The notes: a model not told the origin generated them from the letters alone. A DNA stretch of 64,000 nucleotides from Lingula anatina (GCA_051362555.1 CM120640.1:45548788-45612787); one strand, 5' to 3'; shown: positions 40,401 through 61,120, counted from the stretch's first letter. Program-made: numbers and translations.

Positions 40401-41081
40401 GTTCTTGATTTTCACAAAAATTTGCATTATTATTATTATTATTATTATTCAATCCTTGGCTTTACATTTGAATTTCTTCTGTTGACATAGGCCTATACTA
40501 AAGTTTCTTACGATTTCTACTTTTTTTTTTTTTTTTTTTTGGGGGGGGGGGGGGGTAGAGATCGACAGGTGCGCAGCAAGTTAACCTCTTAGACATAGCA
40601 CTTGTATTAGAAATTTTAATATAAAAATACTTTTATTTCAGCTAACAAGACCCCACGATCTTTTAACTGTTCTAGTCAAAATACAAAGCACCAGACCATA
40701 TAAAGTTACAACTCACAGAAACTTACATAAACAACAGGCCCTTTTCATAGAAGTTTCATATCATATTCTTAATATCTAATAAGTAAGGGTTATTACTAGT
40801 TACCTGTACAAGGTACACATCATAATGCACTTTTAACAAACATCATCACGTAATTCTTATTTTGAAATTCAAATAGCATTTTCTTCTTTCAGAGTATCCA
40901 ATTTCTATCAGATTTTGGGGGAGCATTGGGACTGTGGCTTGGATGGTCCGTGGTGACATTTTTTGAATTCTTCGAACTATTTATGGATGTACTTGCATTT
41001 AGTTGCCGGTGCGGAAGAAAACGCAAAGTCAGCAGATCATCAGTGAATGACATAACATTGAAAGAAAAGGCATCATTTTAA
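35658..41081 (+). CDS. DEG/ENaC (amiloride-sensitive Na+ channel family) subunit, 526 aa, 10 coding exons
   Basis: Exons 35658-35802, 36732-37170, 37483-37589, 37829-37992, 38232-38345, 38696-38831, 39435-39507, 39800-39857, 40156-40311 and 40893-41081 are in phase. TM1 (FFWILITLATLVGL), FPAVTVCNEN, GNCFIFN, GLSLTFNIEQSEY, AGVRVLVHDQ, Cys-rich thumb, TM2 LSDFGGALGLWLGWSVVTFFE. Confidence 0.95.
37347..37420. repeat. (TC)n-(GA)n compound microsatellite forming a palindrome, in a DEG/ENaC intron
   Basis: About 13 TC units directly followed by about 24 GA units, centred on TCGA at 37371-37374. Confidence 0.95.
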
Positions 41082-41592
41082 TAAATGATAAAGTGAAAAT
41101 TCCATGAGCGTCATGTGCAATGTAATTGTGCATCATTTATATACATATATACATGCATGGGCAAGCCATGCCCAATTCCATTTCAGAAATAAAGCAATCG
41201 CCCATCATCTTCCATCACCCATGTTCCCCAAAAGAGAGAAAAGACACCATGTACTTGAGGGGTCAAATAATAACGAGGATTTTCATTACAACAAATATAC
41301 CTTGTTGTTTTGTATGTAAGCTGATCGTTACTTTTTCCACAGTTTCCATTTTGGCTAATGTGTTTATAATATGTAAAGTACAGGCCTGATAACAGCATCA
41401 AGAAAGTAGATAAAATGTAATTTCTTGGTACAAGTAGTATTCACCAACATGCAGACATGTGTTTTTCACTGTGCTTGAAGATGTGGAAACAGAAAATCTA
41501 AGAAAAATATGTTTAAATATTTTTGTAATAAAACTGATGAAAACTTTTGAGTTGTCTTATGTGTGTGTTTTGCCATATGTTTGTTATGCAAG

Positions 41593-41593
<1 letters not shown>

Positions 41594-41630
<37 letters not shown>
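41594..41630. repeat. (AT)n microsatellite
   Basis: About 18 consecutive TA units. Confidence 0.95.
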
Positions 41631-41635
<5 letters not shown>

Positions 41636-41879
41636 TTGATGGGAAATGAAATCTAAAGCAAAGGGAAGAGATGAAAGTGCAGGTCCCCCCCTCCAACGAA
41701 AATAATATTCTAAGAGTGACATACACATCTATTAGCCAATGTTGTAATAACAAAAAAGATTAAGTGAAAGTATAAGTTCTAGAATACATATATCATAGGA
41801 AATCAAAAAGTTTTAGATCTCATAGATTTTTCCAGCCAGATGGTATAATGTACCATACCTGAGGTTCATTAATGTATTA

Positions 41880-42390
41880 GGTACTGATTCCATGCATGAT
41901 TATACTGCTCTTTACAATTGTTTACTTACAAAGCTGTGTGGAAGAGACATACAGGTACATCCTTCCCTCCCCCCTTTCTTGGGATTCAGCTTTACCTGGA
42001 CAACACATCAGTCCTTACCAGACCAGTTTTGATGGAAGATGTTCTCAAAATTGGCTATATAATCTCCTCCATCGTCCACACAATTCTCCATACCTATCCC
42101 CCAGCATCTTCCACCTATTTCCCAGCTATGCTGAAGAAACACCTTGAGAGTAAGAGATGTGCATATGATGAAGACAAGCTCGCAGCTGCTGTGGAAGGCT
42201 GTTTGGGGGTGGGGTGGGGGGGGGGGGGGGCAAGATGCCCAGCTCTTCTGATCTGGTATCAATGACAAGCAAACAAGGTGGAACAAATGTGTGGGGTTGG
42301 AAGGTGACTTTACTGAAAAATAAGGCATCACAAAAAATATTCTGCTTTTTCAGTGTGAGACAGACTCAAAACATTCTGTTGTTGCCACTT
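41880..42390 (+). pseudogene. Decayed mariner (Tc1/mariner, DD34D-type) transposase, C-terminal half
   Basis: Fragments across frameshifts: GIQLYLDNTSVLT (cf. LLHDNARPHT), LLHRPHNSPYLSPSIFHLFP (cf. HPPYSPDLAPSDFHLF), LKKHLESKRCAYDEDKLAAAVEGCL, and GINDKQTRWNKCVGLEGDFTEK* ending 42323 (cf. RWEKCVELEGDYVEK). Confidence 0.85.
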
Positions 42391-42479
42391 TAACATTAAA
42401 TATAATAAATAGTGTGTGTGTATGTACATACCTGTATACATTTGTGTACCAAATGGATAAAGTATACTATCTACCAAAA

Positions 42480-43250
42480 ATCTTTACATAATGGACCAGA
42501 ATAATGCTAGGTGGTGCGCAGAAGCTTTCAATGATGAAAACTATGGAACTTGAATCTGTCTGTCCAAAACTAAATGCCCATTTAACAGGTTGAAACACTA
42601 GCTTCCGTGGCAATCACAAAATTTTGGTAATTTTCACAAGTCCTAGTTTTGATCATCTCTGCTTTCATCTCTAATTTGTCTTTGTACCAAACCACCAATT
42701 GCAACCTGACTCCCCTTTACACTTTTTAACTCATATATTTCTGCCATCAACCTCAGGGAATTGCCCTGGGGTTGCAAGGTTGTGGAGGACCTTAGGCATT
42801 GGGCAACCTGGAGTGCTTGAGTATTTTCTGACTCTTTTTTAACTTTCATCAGTCCTACCCCAGTCAGCCAAAGAACATGTCCAGAAAATAAATACCTGGG
42901 AATGAGCAGTCAACTTTTTTCCATAGGGTAAGCATCACTGATAATGAACCAGATGGTCCTTGCCATCCTTACAAGAAGGGTGAATAAGTGCAGAATAAAA
43001 CAGCCATGGACTTGGTGGTGCGTCTGGTTGACACAATAAATAATTCAGATACGCCAGCCAAGATCTGCAGACACTGCAACTATAACAGCTACTGAAGATT
43101 CCTTTTATAACGACCTTCCAATGGGTCTCTCCATGAAATTTGAAACAAATTATCAACTGTGGATGGAGTAAGGAGGCTGGTAAGGTCTCTGCTCTCATAT
43201 CAATGAAGTTTCTAATCCAAAGAAACAAAGGCACAATAGTGAGATAATAC
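42480..43250 (-). pseudogene. Possible highly decayed Harbinger/IS5-type transposase remnant downstream of the THAP exons
   Basis: Weak fragments only: QLIICFK...IFSSCYSCSVCRSWLAYLNYLL (HTH-like), LMAE (cf. MADRGF), VKITKIL, HYSGPL; many stops and frameshifts. Confidence 0.35.
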
Positions 43251-43508
43251 CATTATCTGTTCAAATGCATATCAAAGAAACGAACATATTTAAACAAAAT
43301 TTAACATTATCTTCAAGTGACAATGTTTTATATTTTAAAATACCCTTCAACAAAAAGTTGAATATGAACATGTTATAAAAAATAGATATTTTTGATAATG
43401 ACATGTAAAGATCATCAGATCCCTTGCAGATTCCTTAAAAAGATCTTGACTGTTGACTTAAACAATGGATTTTATTACAATACCTCAAAATAACTTTGCT
43501 TTGATTCT

Positions 43509-45135
43509 TCACGCCACAACTTGGACTTGAGACTATGGAAGGAAAAGTGCTCATGTAAAATTTATCAATGAATATACCAGATTATGTACCCAATTTACAG
43601 CAAAAATACAATTCTTAACAATAAAGATACATGTGTGTGTTAGATTATTGAATAAATTCTTAATTTGATATACAGAAAATGCATAACAGTACTTGAAAAA
43701 GACAATGGTTTTAAAATCTCAAAATGTTTGAAAGTGCTTTATTTGAAAACATTACCACTTTACTTTAATTTGGGGAGTCCCCCTCCCCCCCCCCCCCCCC
43801 AAAAAAAAAAATTCAGTACAATGATACAAGAACATACCTTTTTCAACCTTTTTCTTTGAACTTTGTCCGTTGCACTTCTTCTCTTTACCTGAAATGAATA
43901 CAGCTCATTACTTTTAACTACTGAATACCATCAACTGTGACAATTACATACATTGTGAGACTCGGCGTAATTTTCTCTACCTCATGTTAAGACAAAGACT
44001 TGAATGAACCAGGACATCATATAGTGTACATGTATATCTTATAACAATAAATACCCAGTAGGTGGTTACTATCAACCAGAAGCTTATTCCCAGGTCAAAA
44101 TGATCTAAAATTCAAAACTTTGTGCTCAGTAAATATGTCACAATCACTGCTGACACCTTTCTATAATTCTGAGACAAATAAGCTCCATTTGGAACCCTGT
44201 AATGAGAAACCTAAGGGTATGGCAGCGAGCTCTTACAGTTTGATTTCATCTTATTCAACTCAAAAGACAGAAATCTAAACCATGTAAGGATAATTTAAAA
44301 AAAAAACAGCTGGCCAGCACTGCCCTACATGTACCAAAGAATGGAGGGTGAAGTTTTACATCACTACTCAAGTGACAGTTGTACTGTACAAGTATTAAAT
44401 ACTAGTATGTGTACAAACAGACTTTTACAGGGATCACAGCTAAATACCAGTGCTTCTATCTTCCTGTCTATGTATTTTCTAGCACCTTACCTGTGATTCT
44501 GAATTGACACTTTCATTTTTCTCCTTTGATTCTTTTTCTGCATGTAATACTGGTTCATAATCTGTCTCTTCTGTCACATAAGGCAAATTTGTAGACATGG
44601 TACTCAATTGGAGCAACGCCTCCGCAGCATCGATCCGATTTTGATGCAAGACTGGAGCTATCTTCTTTGAACGTTTTAGCTTCCGAATCTGCCAATAACA
44701 TATGGACCTTTGGTATCAAACAAATATGTACAGAAAAAAATATATGAAATTCGTGTTTTCATATAAAAAATTGCTACAAAGTACGAGTACTCGATCCTAA
44801 ATTAAATACGTAATGATGCGGCAAGAAATAAATGTAAATTCCGAACTCACCTGTTGTTCGCACGCAGCAGCAGCAGGTATAGGGTCTGGATGATCCTTGG
44901 TAGGCCCGTTTCCTCCCACAAAATGCTTACTACATATAAAAGTAGATTTTGTCACTCTTGCTACGTTAAACTGTTCAGTCGGACGACCGCAGGCGCGTAT
45001 CCACTTTTCACACTGTTCCCTTTTTGTAATAGGTTTCGGAAATGGTATGAAAAAAGTACCTTGCATTTCAGGTCTGTCAGGAAAACGAGTGTCGTTTTTG
45101 CACGTTCCATAACAACAGTGTTTGATATAAACCAT
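43509..45135 (-). CDS. THAP zinc-finger protein, spliced, about 185 aa
   Basis: Exon 45135-44851 encodes a C2CH THAP (CCYGTC...FIPFPK...WIRACGR...ICSKHF...DPIP). Phase-0 exons 44688-44491 (DAAEALLQLS) and 43888-43838 (basic, NLS-like) follow; tentative last exon 43532-43509. Confidence 0.75.
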
Positions 45136-45360
45136 GCTGGTTTATCAACGGCCTGTTAGAGTATGCTGAATGCTAAAAAACTTCCTTGTAGACCACGCCG
45201 ACCTTTCCCCACGGAAACAACACGATGTCTGACTTCCGTATCGTTTATAAATTATGCGCGCGCATTGTAGCTATTCCATTGCGTTTGTGCTGCTTCTAAG
45301 TCCTGTAGCCAGGGGTCTGGAGAGGGGAAAGAGTTCTCTCAAATCAGTTGCTGGTTATAT

Positions 45361-45452
45361 CAGACTAATTAAGACCCATCAAAACATGTCTTTATATAGG
45401 TTCCATCAGACTAATTAAGACCCATCAAAACATGTCTTTATATAGGTTCCAT
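45361..45452. repeat. Exact 46-bp tandem duplication in the THAP/CNNM intergenic region
   Basis: cagactaattaagacccatcaaaacatgtctttatataggttccat, two copies. Confidence 0.95.
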
Positions 45453-45934
45453 GTTAGACCAAGGAGTTATAACTCCTTGGTTAGACTACATGTAATCTGT
45501 TTAACTGGGACTGCTTAATTTTCTTAGGAATATATGCTTACTATGATTCCTATAGAATTTTGTTCCCGCAGTATTTCCATAGATTTCCCTATAGGATTCC
45601 TATATTATATTTTTACGTTCGGGAACACTAAAAGAAATATTCAAGTACATTTGTAGGGCGATAGAGGTAAACAAAGCCACATGGTAAGTCATGTGACAGA
45701 TCGTTTTCTGGGTCATGTTGAGTAAAAGATGACAAAACTAAAGTTGCTTTAAATAATTATCTAAGCTTAACTTTTTCTCCTTTAAAGGAACAAAACATTT
45801 AAATTAACCATTTTATAGGTTGTGTTAATGAAATTTAATGTAATTTTATAGCATACTTTTACACTTTTGGTGATATGTTGCAACTCTCGATTAGGGTTGT
45901 CATGATATGTCAAGGTCAGAAGGTGGCACACAAG

Positions 45935-53268
<7,334 letters not shown>

Positions 53269-54358
53269 GAGATCATCCCTGGTTAACAAATTTGAGTAGT
53301 TTACAAAGACAGAAAGGGATGATCGGCTAGCTGCTTGCTTGCGTTGGCAATATTTACCCTCAAACCTGTGATTGATTAAGCCAAAATGATTAAGCTAAAA
53401 TGATTATTCCATACGTGTATTCAATGGTGATATAGACTTAAATGTATTGTTGTATCTCACTGTGCCAATTGTTGTAGCCAGTTCTTTGCATGGGTTGTGA
53501 TGAAAACTGTTCAAGATGATATTTAACTTTATTAACATAAATGTTGTTAACTGGAAATGGGTAGATTTCTGTATGAGCTGCGTACTACATCATTGTCAAC
53601 TATCTCATTTAAAAAGACTTATGTTAATAAGGTGAGTTCAGAATCTTCTTCATGACCATTGCAAAAGTTTTTTTGTCAAATGTGTTGCTCAGAACTGCAA
53701 ATATGTGTAGAACCCTGCTAGTTTGCTTTCATTTGTTAAAGAGAGCGGACAGGTTGCACTTTATTCCTAGAGCTGCTTTGAACTAATTCAGCTGCTTTTA
53801 TATAAACTAGAGCTTGGATTCCGAGCAAGTATATATTTTTTATTTAGAGACACTTGAAACAGCTGAAGTTGATAAAGATTTGAACAGTAAGCTCACTGAA
53901 CTTGGTGCTGTTCCTTTCTGTTCCCTTGAGTATATACGGATAATTTAAGTTTGTAATTAGGTCACTGACTGTTAGAAATAAGATATTATGGAAGAAAATG
54001 TTGACAAAAGCATGACATTTTATGCATGCATGTTTTAAAGTGCGTGCTTGAAGGTAGGTCTCAGTTATACAAACATATTTTTCCTCAGTAAGATTTATCC
54101 AGGTAAGGTATGCATTTGGTCATTGGCTAACAGGTATTGTTAGTAATACAGCAGATTTGCTAAGTCATGTTTATGGTAGGTATGGAGTTTTGGTGAATTT
54201 GGTCACCTCCTTAAAAATATGAGTATTATTGGTATATTAGTGTGGCAAGTATAATAATAGGCCAGAGAGGTGTAAAATATAGTTTTTGCACAGCCACACC
54301 AGTTTTCTAGTCTAGTCATTTAGATATGCTACAAGTTTAGATTTATGTGTGTTACGGG

Positions 54359-54506
54359 TACCCTCTACCAGGGCGACTTATAGATTTTTACGGATATTCA
54401 CAGATATGTCTCTAGCTAGATAGATGGTCATTTTCAACTGAAGTCACATGACTTCACATGAATGTGAATATCCGTAAAAATCTATCAGTCGCCCTGGTAG
54501 AGGGTA
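54359..54506. mobile_element. Mutator-like MITE, 148 bp, 44-bp TIRs (1 mismatch), 9-bp TSD
   Basis: TACCCTCTACCAGGGCGACT(T/G)ATAGATTTTTACGGATATTCACA at both ends; TGTTACGGG duplicated at 54350-54358 and 54507-54515. Confidence 0.92.
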
Positions 54507-57500
54507 TGTTACGGGGCTGTGCGCACACATACCGGTACCTACACAAACATGCATGCACACACATTTATATTATTTGTTGGCAAGGTAGTGAACTTGCCTT
54601 AATTTGACTTATCTCTCCCTGTCAGATTGCTTGCCACTCAGACCTGTAAGATTTTTTGTTTAGAGCGGGAGATTTATGTAGTATTTATGAAAGGTTTAAT
54701 TTGAAATGATTGCCAATATGTGATGTACCTGTGTTTAATTCCTTTAAAAAAAAACAGGTCATCACAATATTTGAAATTCCATTTTGCCATCAATTGCTTC
54801 CCACTGCCTTCCATCCCCTATGCCCATTCCTCAATGCCAAATAGCTTTTCCACAATGCCAAATTGAACATCTTTTCCTGAATGCCAAAATAAACTTATTT
54901 TCTTCAATGCCAAACTACTGAATGAATCAGTGTGAATTTGCCACTTTTGTGTTTACTAGGTTGAAAGCACATTTTGTTTGTTATTTCTGAGTTGGTTTGT
55001 TAACAGACAATTTGCTATACATATGTTAGATTATTTGATTTATTTTCAAAGACTGAAAATGGGTTAGAGAGAAACGTGGTGAAAAAATGAACAAAGCCAT
55101 AGACCATGCAGAATATACAGTAAAATAAACTTTTCAATTACTTGATCTAATATGCCATTCCTCTTTGTTGAAAATATCATTTAGTCACATTTTTTTAAAA
55201 TTCTTTTTTAACTTCCTCTTTAATGAAAAGAAATACAAAATATGATGCAGCGTGATGTTCTTACCAAAGCCCAGAGTGCCAACATTTGTTAGTGATTGTG
55301 TTCATAATATAAGCATTTAAGCAATTATTTTTCAGTATTGTTTTTACTTAATATTCTTTTAAATTTTAATCTTAAGCTTTAAAACACACTCATCATAAAA
55401 TCTAACCAAAGAGGCCCGCCAGGATCCTCGTATTGCTTGCTTGTCAATGTATTGTTGGGTGATGGTTCTTAAAAGGTGCATGGTTATGTTGTTATGCATG
55501 TTTTTTTGGTACTCATAACCCCTTTTCTCAACTTTTGTTAGGTTATGCATGATACATGAAACCTATAGTGTATAAGATTTTTTTTCAAGTATGTTGTGTT
55601 CACTTACAATAAGAAAAGTTTCCAAATGTTCTTTTATATTTACTTGGGTATTTGCTAAATTGCTTGACCATTTATGTTCCATGCTGGTCATGTTTGTAAA
55701 TGAGACTTATTGAGTTGGTGCAGATGCGTATAGTGCTATATCATTGTGCTATAGCTGCCAAAGTTTTTGATAATTTTATGATTAATGCATTGTTCATTTG
55801 TTTTGTTTTCTTGTAGCTGCTGTAAGCAAAGATAGAGAACATGGCGATGAGTAAAATATGAAGAGCTTTGATTAACTTAATGCTGGATATAAGAAAATGA
55901 AGAATGTAACATGGTTTGTGATTGTAAGACTTCTGTTAACTGAACTCCTTCTACTATAATTAGTTTTAGCCAAATCAAATGCTAACAAATGCAAAAAAAT
56001 ATTCTTATTTGGCTAAGTAAAATGTGAAAAAATATTTTGGCCTTAGTTTTGATTAATACATTTCAGAACTTTGATTTGGCTAAAATTAAAAATTATGTAG
56101 CTTTTTGATTAAAGAAATCCTATCTTTCAGTGAGCCTAGAAAAAACTTTTTTCCCAAATAATCTCTTTTCATGATAATTATAAGTCATTTGTTCTTCCCT
56201 GTAACTGCATTCACACAAGGGGCTGTCTGACAGTAGAAAGTGACTAAAACATTCTTTTGGACAGAAAACAGCATACTCACTTGGATGCTCTGCTGTGCAG
56301 AGTGCTTCTGCTCATTGTATTGGTTCTGGATGATGTTTTGAATAGCAATTCAGTCAGTTATTTGTCTTAGGTGTCCCCTGTGTGAATGCATCAGGGAAGT
56401 GTCACCCTGAGGGTGAGAGAACTGCTGTTGGCCTTTCCTTCATATTACAGTTTCATTGACGTTATGTTATATAGAGGAGGAGGCAGGGTCAGTTGTCTGA
56501 TCATCAGGGTGAGAGGTGTTTATAACTAGGAGGAGATTCAATGACATTGCAGGTCAAAGGTAATGATTTAAAGACCACTGGATGTCGGTGTTAAGTCTTG
56601 TTGTCGAAATTTTAACCTAAACCAGTAGTTACACAGAGTAGCAATTGTACTTAAACTTGACAAAGACAGGAATTATACAGTTATTGAAACAAAAATTATC
56701 TAATCATAATTCAGCTCAAACTTTGTTTAAGTTAAACATAATGAAAATATGACTTCAAACAATAGCTAATATTTCAGCGGTATGTTTTTCTAAAACAAGA
56801 ATTGCAGCATTTCTTATTTGAAAACAAGATACGTATATATGCTATGTTTTTTATAGTTCATTTTATGGATCTAATGAAATTCGTTTTCGTATGAGAACTT
56901 TATCTAATTTTGTTGAATGTTGTTTGCAGTGTTCCTTTAATTAATCAATCATAGTTTATCTCATTTTGAGCTATGTGCTATTGTATTTTTGTAGAGATTG
57001 CACTTCTTTCTTTTATATTTGTTTATTGGGGTGATTGTCCCTAGTTGAAAAAGTGATGATGGAAGTTAATTATTTATGTTCATTGTTGTTGACAAATACA
57101 CAAAAGTACTGTAAAATATTTGTTAAATATAATATTAGCAATTAAAATAGATTGTTAACCGCCTTGTCACCTTTTCTTCGAACAAGCACACTACGGACTC
57201 GATGGTAGTTTCGTACGTCGTGCATTGTATATATCACTCTCAATTCTGTACAGATATTGAAATACAAAGTCTAAGTACATTCTAAAAGGAAATAATACAG
57301 TCACACGACACAATAACTGATATAAAATTTTGTGCTTCTTCGTAAAACCACAGAAGCATTTTATTTTGTATTATTCAGAAAACCTCTTTATATGCGATTG
57401 TTGCTGTTCATACTGTACATTCTCTTTGTTTGTATATGTCCCGTACTCGTTCCTCCAGTTGTTTGATATTTTAAATCGGTTGTTTAAAACGCAATTATGA

Positions 57501-58106
57501 ACTTATTTGCATTTCCAATAAATAAATAAATGAATAAACAGAAATCAATACATTGATGAAGGATAAAATAGTTTTAATAGATGTTAAAGATACATGAATC
57601 TCTTCTCTTTATCTCTTCTGTTTTGGACAAAAAACTTAACCAAATGTGTAAAAAATACTGCTCGTTGGAAAAAAAGTTTCGCATTTAAAGATGAGGAAAA
57701 TATGTATTTTCAAAAAGCCAGTGGGACTTGCTACCTTGAGCTTTACAAAGATAAGCATTATTAACACTGTAAGAACCATATTGAATTCTATATCGAAGTG
57801 CCACTTTATAACTGCTACACACAACTGTGAAATATTGTGCACCATTACTCCGGTAGAGCTGGAGGCTTCAAAGGGACGATTAAAACGCTATTCAATGATG
57901 CGTTTTGCTTCAAAAACTGAAATCGTTAACAAAACAACGCAGCATTAAGTTTGATTGATACGTTATGATCTAATTCCTTATCTGTCCAGATAATTTATGA
58001 GATAATGCTGTCACATTAAAAACACATCAGGTGAATTTGCTAATTCGAACTGATGACGCAACAGCAGCGTGTTTGTGTTGATAATTTTGGGTTCGATTTC
58101 AAACAG

Positions 58107-58261
58107 GGCCCCGTAACTCGGAAAGCATCGCGCATTGCGACCGAGCGCAAGCGTCTCGATTCCATAACTCGCCCATATTCGCACTTTATAAATTATAATA
58201 CATTGTAGCCTCTATGTGATATTGCTATTCGCGATGAGCGATCCTTATGAGTTACAGGGCC
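58107..58261. mobile_element. PIF/Harbinger-like MITE, 155 bp, CAG TSD
   Basis: CAG|GGCCCCGTAACTC...GAGTTACAGGGCC|CAG; TIRs match at 12 of 13 positions. Confidence 0.7.
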
Positions 58262-58428
58262 CAGATATCCTTCACCTGAACAGCTATCAACACCGTTTTA
58301 ATCACAAGAATAATCACTGCAAACCGGTGCCAGGAAAATCTTGAAAGGTTTATTTCTGATCTAACCAGTAAATTGGCAGAAGTATACATTTGTTTGATGG
58401 AACAAGTATTTAGAGGCTCATTCCTCAT

Positions 58429-58460
<32 letters not shown>

Positions 58461-61120
58461 AACTCTGGCACCGAATTGCATTTCACGTCGCTAACCACGT
58501 GCCAATTTTCTTCCTATCACCATCTTACCCCAATTTACAAAGCAGTTAAACCGAAATTTAACGGGGGCAGAACTCGTGGAAGGTGAATAAAACAACAAAA
58601 AATTAATAGCTCTAAAAGTGTCTAATTTTAACTGCACCTATATAGGCCTACAGGTAAGCATATTTTTCATAAAAAAGCGGAAAAAGCTATTTTGACCAAT
58701 TCAGGCCACTTCAACGTATCGATCTACCATTAAAGACAAGAAAAATACATTTGTTTTGCGTGTGCAGTAGATTTAACAAGGAAGAGGTTATAACAAAAGA
58801 CGTGACTCCCATGAGAAATTTGCAGTTTCCATTTTGAGAAAACGCCAACAGGAAAATTAATGGAAATTATATTACAGGTTATGAAGCCTTTTAGGTACCA
58901 CCTGACCAGACAACCGTTATCTGCATACCCTCAAATATGGTGTACTGTTCTCTTTCACGACCCTGTGATTTTTGGCATGATGGAAGCCAAGTACGTCGTA
59001 ACAAACCCAATTTTATCTCTGTAAAATGGTGCGTACATTATCATATTAAGGATGGAAGGGATAAAGAGCTGGAACACAGTTACCCTCTAACGGGACCGCG
59101 GTTTTATTATGTGAACAGAAGAAAAGTTCATCGTTTAACGAGAGACTACAGCCATGTAGTTGTAATCTGTATCGTGACTGACTTAAACGATTCCTGTTTC
59201 ACGGCTAATCTAATATCTATTGCATGACCCTGAGAGTAGTAACAATGGGATCTGGAAACCACTTTGGAGAATTAATCATATATTCTAACAGATTTTCTGA
59301 GAGCACGATGATACCTTATTACCGTTATTGTCATAGGAGATAAACTCAGAAGACCAGATGTACCGGTTACGGCAGAAATCACGCATTTCTGCAAGACTAT
59401 TGAAAATTAATGGTGCGGAATAAATAAGTAAAATATTCAAAACATTAAATTGCTTTATAAGTAACGAAACACAAAGTATATGTTGTATGTATTGATGTCA
59501 GGGATGCTCGTCAACGATCCTCCAGTGACAGGCATTCGTCTGTTACAGAAATTAAAGCAGACTGTTCACTCAAAGTTTCTCACAGAGCATTTTTACCCGA
59601 TAATATTTGTGACAAATGGCTATGGAGATAGATGGATTCAAGGTCGTTCTTTTATTTTTGTGGGAACACACCTGCATATAATATAGGCACTAATGTGTCA
59701 TATTGCTCCGCCTCTCAACTAAGTAATCATTTTCCGCGCGTGCATCTAGAGAAGTATTCGTTGAAAATTTCCCTTTAACGACTATTAGTTAATCAATATG
59801 AAAAGCAATGCATATTTACCAAACCAGGCAAAATAAAATGTAGAGCCGTTATACAGGGTACGTAGCACAATCATCTTCTGGGAAATAAGATAGCAAGCCT
59901 ACACCACAATTTGTGGATACCATTTAGGCAAAACTGTCGTGAATCAGGCGACGCGGTACCTTTGGCATATACATGTATTACCGCGAAACGACAAAACAAA
60001 AGACACTGCTTTGTGTACTGGAGACTTGTTTTCTTACTGTTAGGATTATAAAACTTTTCGGTTATGCTGCCAAACAAAGTCAATTCGTATATTCTAAAAC
60101 ATATGTAAACATAAAAAAAAATGAAAAGAAAAGAAAAGAAACAAGGCGGTTTGAAGGAGAAACCTGGTGAGGAAATGCGTGGACTTCGATGAGTAATAGG
60201 GCCCGCCCCTAACCACGTCAACGCTTGAACGTTTCAACGTCAATCGGGAAACTAGTAAATGGCTTATGCACACCCCGAGGATGTGTCATCATATACATAT
60301 ATCATGTCATCGTACATATAAACGTGCATTAATCAGAAGGGTATTGTCAATATATAAATATACAACACTGAAGATATATTTTTATATCAGGAGAGGTGAA
60401 ACATAATAAAGAAAGCCCTCTCAGCGCGACAAATGTAGCGAGCAATCAGGGACGTTTCCAGTTTCGAATAAGCACACTTGTACATCTTTATATGAAAAGA
60501 ATTTAACGAGAGAAAAGTTTACAGGGAGATATTTGTACAGTTTACGGGGATAAACTGGACTGAGATGATGGTACAGCCCCACAACGCCAATCAACATCGT
60601 CCCCTTATCTGGAAAGAATAATTAATGAAATGACGTTTTCCGAAGACCGCTTTTCAGACAAATGTCATGTAAGTGGTAAGTGGTCAATAGATGATGTAGT
60701 ACACGGATGCTCGAGTTCACTGAATGCAATCTCGCCGTTTCGGTCGCAGCAAATTTTCATCTGTGTCAATATCAACACCGGGTTGGACGGTGTCATTGGC
60801 GTGCGGTGGAAAACAACATTTTTTATAGGAAACATGTTTTTGTGGAAAGCGTGACCCAGAAGCGAAAAAGAAGTGCAACGGCAAACGTAGTGTATGAAAA
60901 TGACTGAACTGCGTCGGTTAACCCAGATTATCATCTTTAACGTCGATTTGATTAACAGATAACAGACACTCCTACGACACGCGAGACAGTGGCGAATTAG
61001 AAGCATACACTTGAAAAGGAATTGCTTTTACCAAATGCTAGAAATACCAGGCAAACAAAAGTATTGACAAACTAAAGATCAGTATTGTAATGCGTTGAAC
61101 TTGCATAGGTTTTTGCAAAA

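Noticed and set aside
40521-43811. Poly-T/poly-G and poly-C/poly-A junction tracts
   Set aside because: Simple homopolymers that recur across the window; no specific structure.
45361-45452. CRISPR-like repeat
   Set aside because: Two abutting copies, no spacers, eukaryotic context.
45875-45934. Upstream ATG given by the ORF track for CNNM
   Set aside because: ATG 45935 has the better context (aagATGg) and directly precedes the signal peptide.
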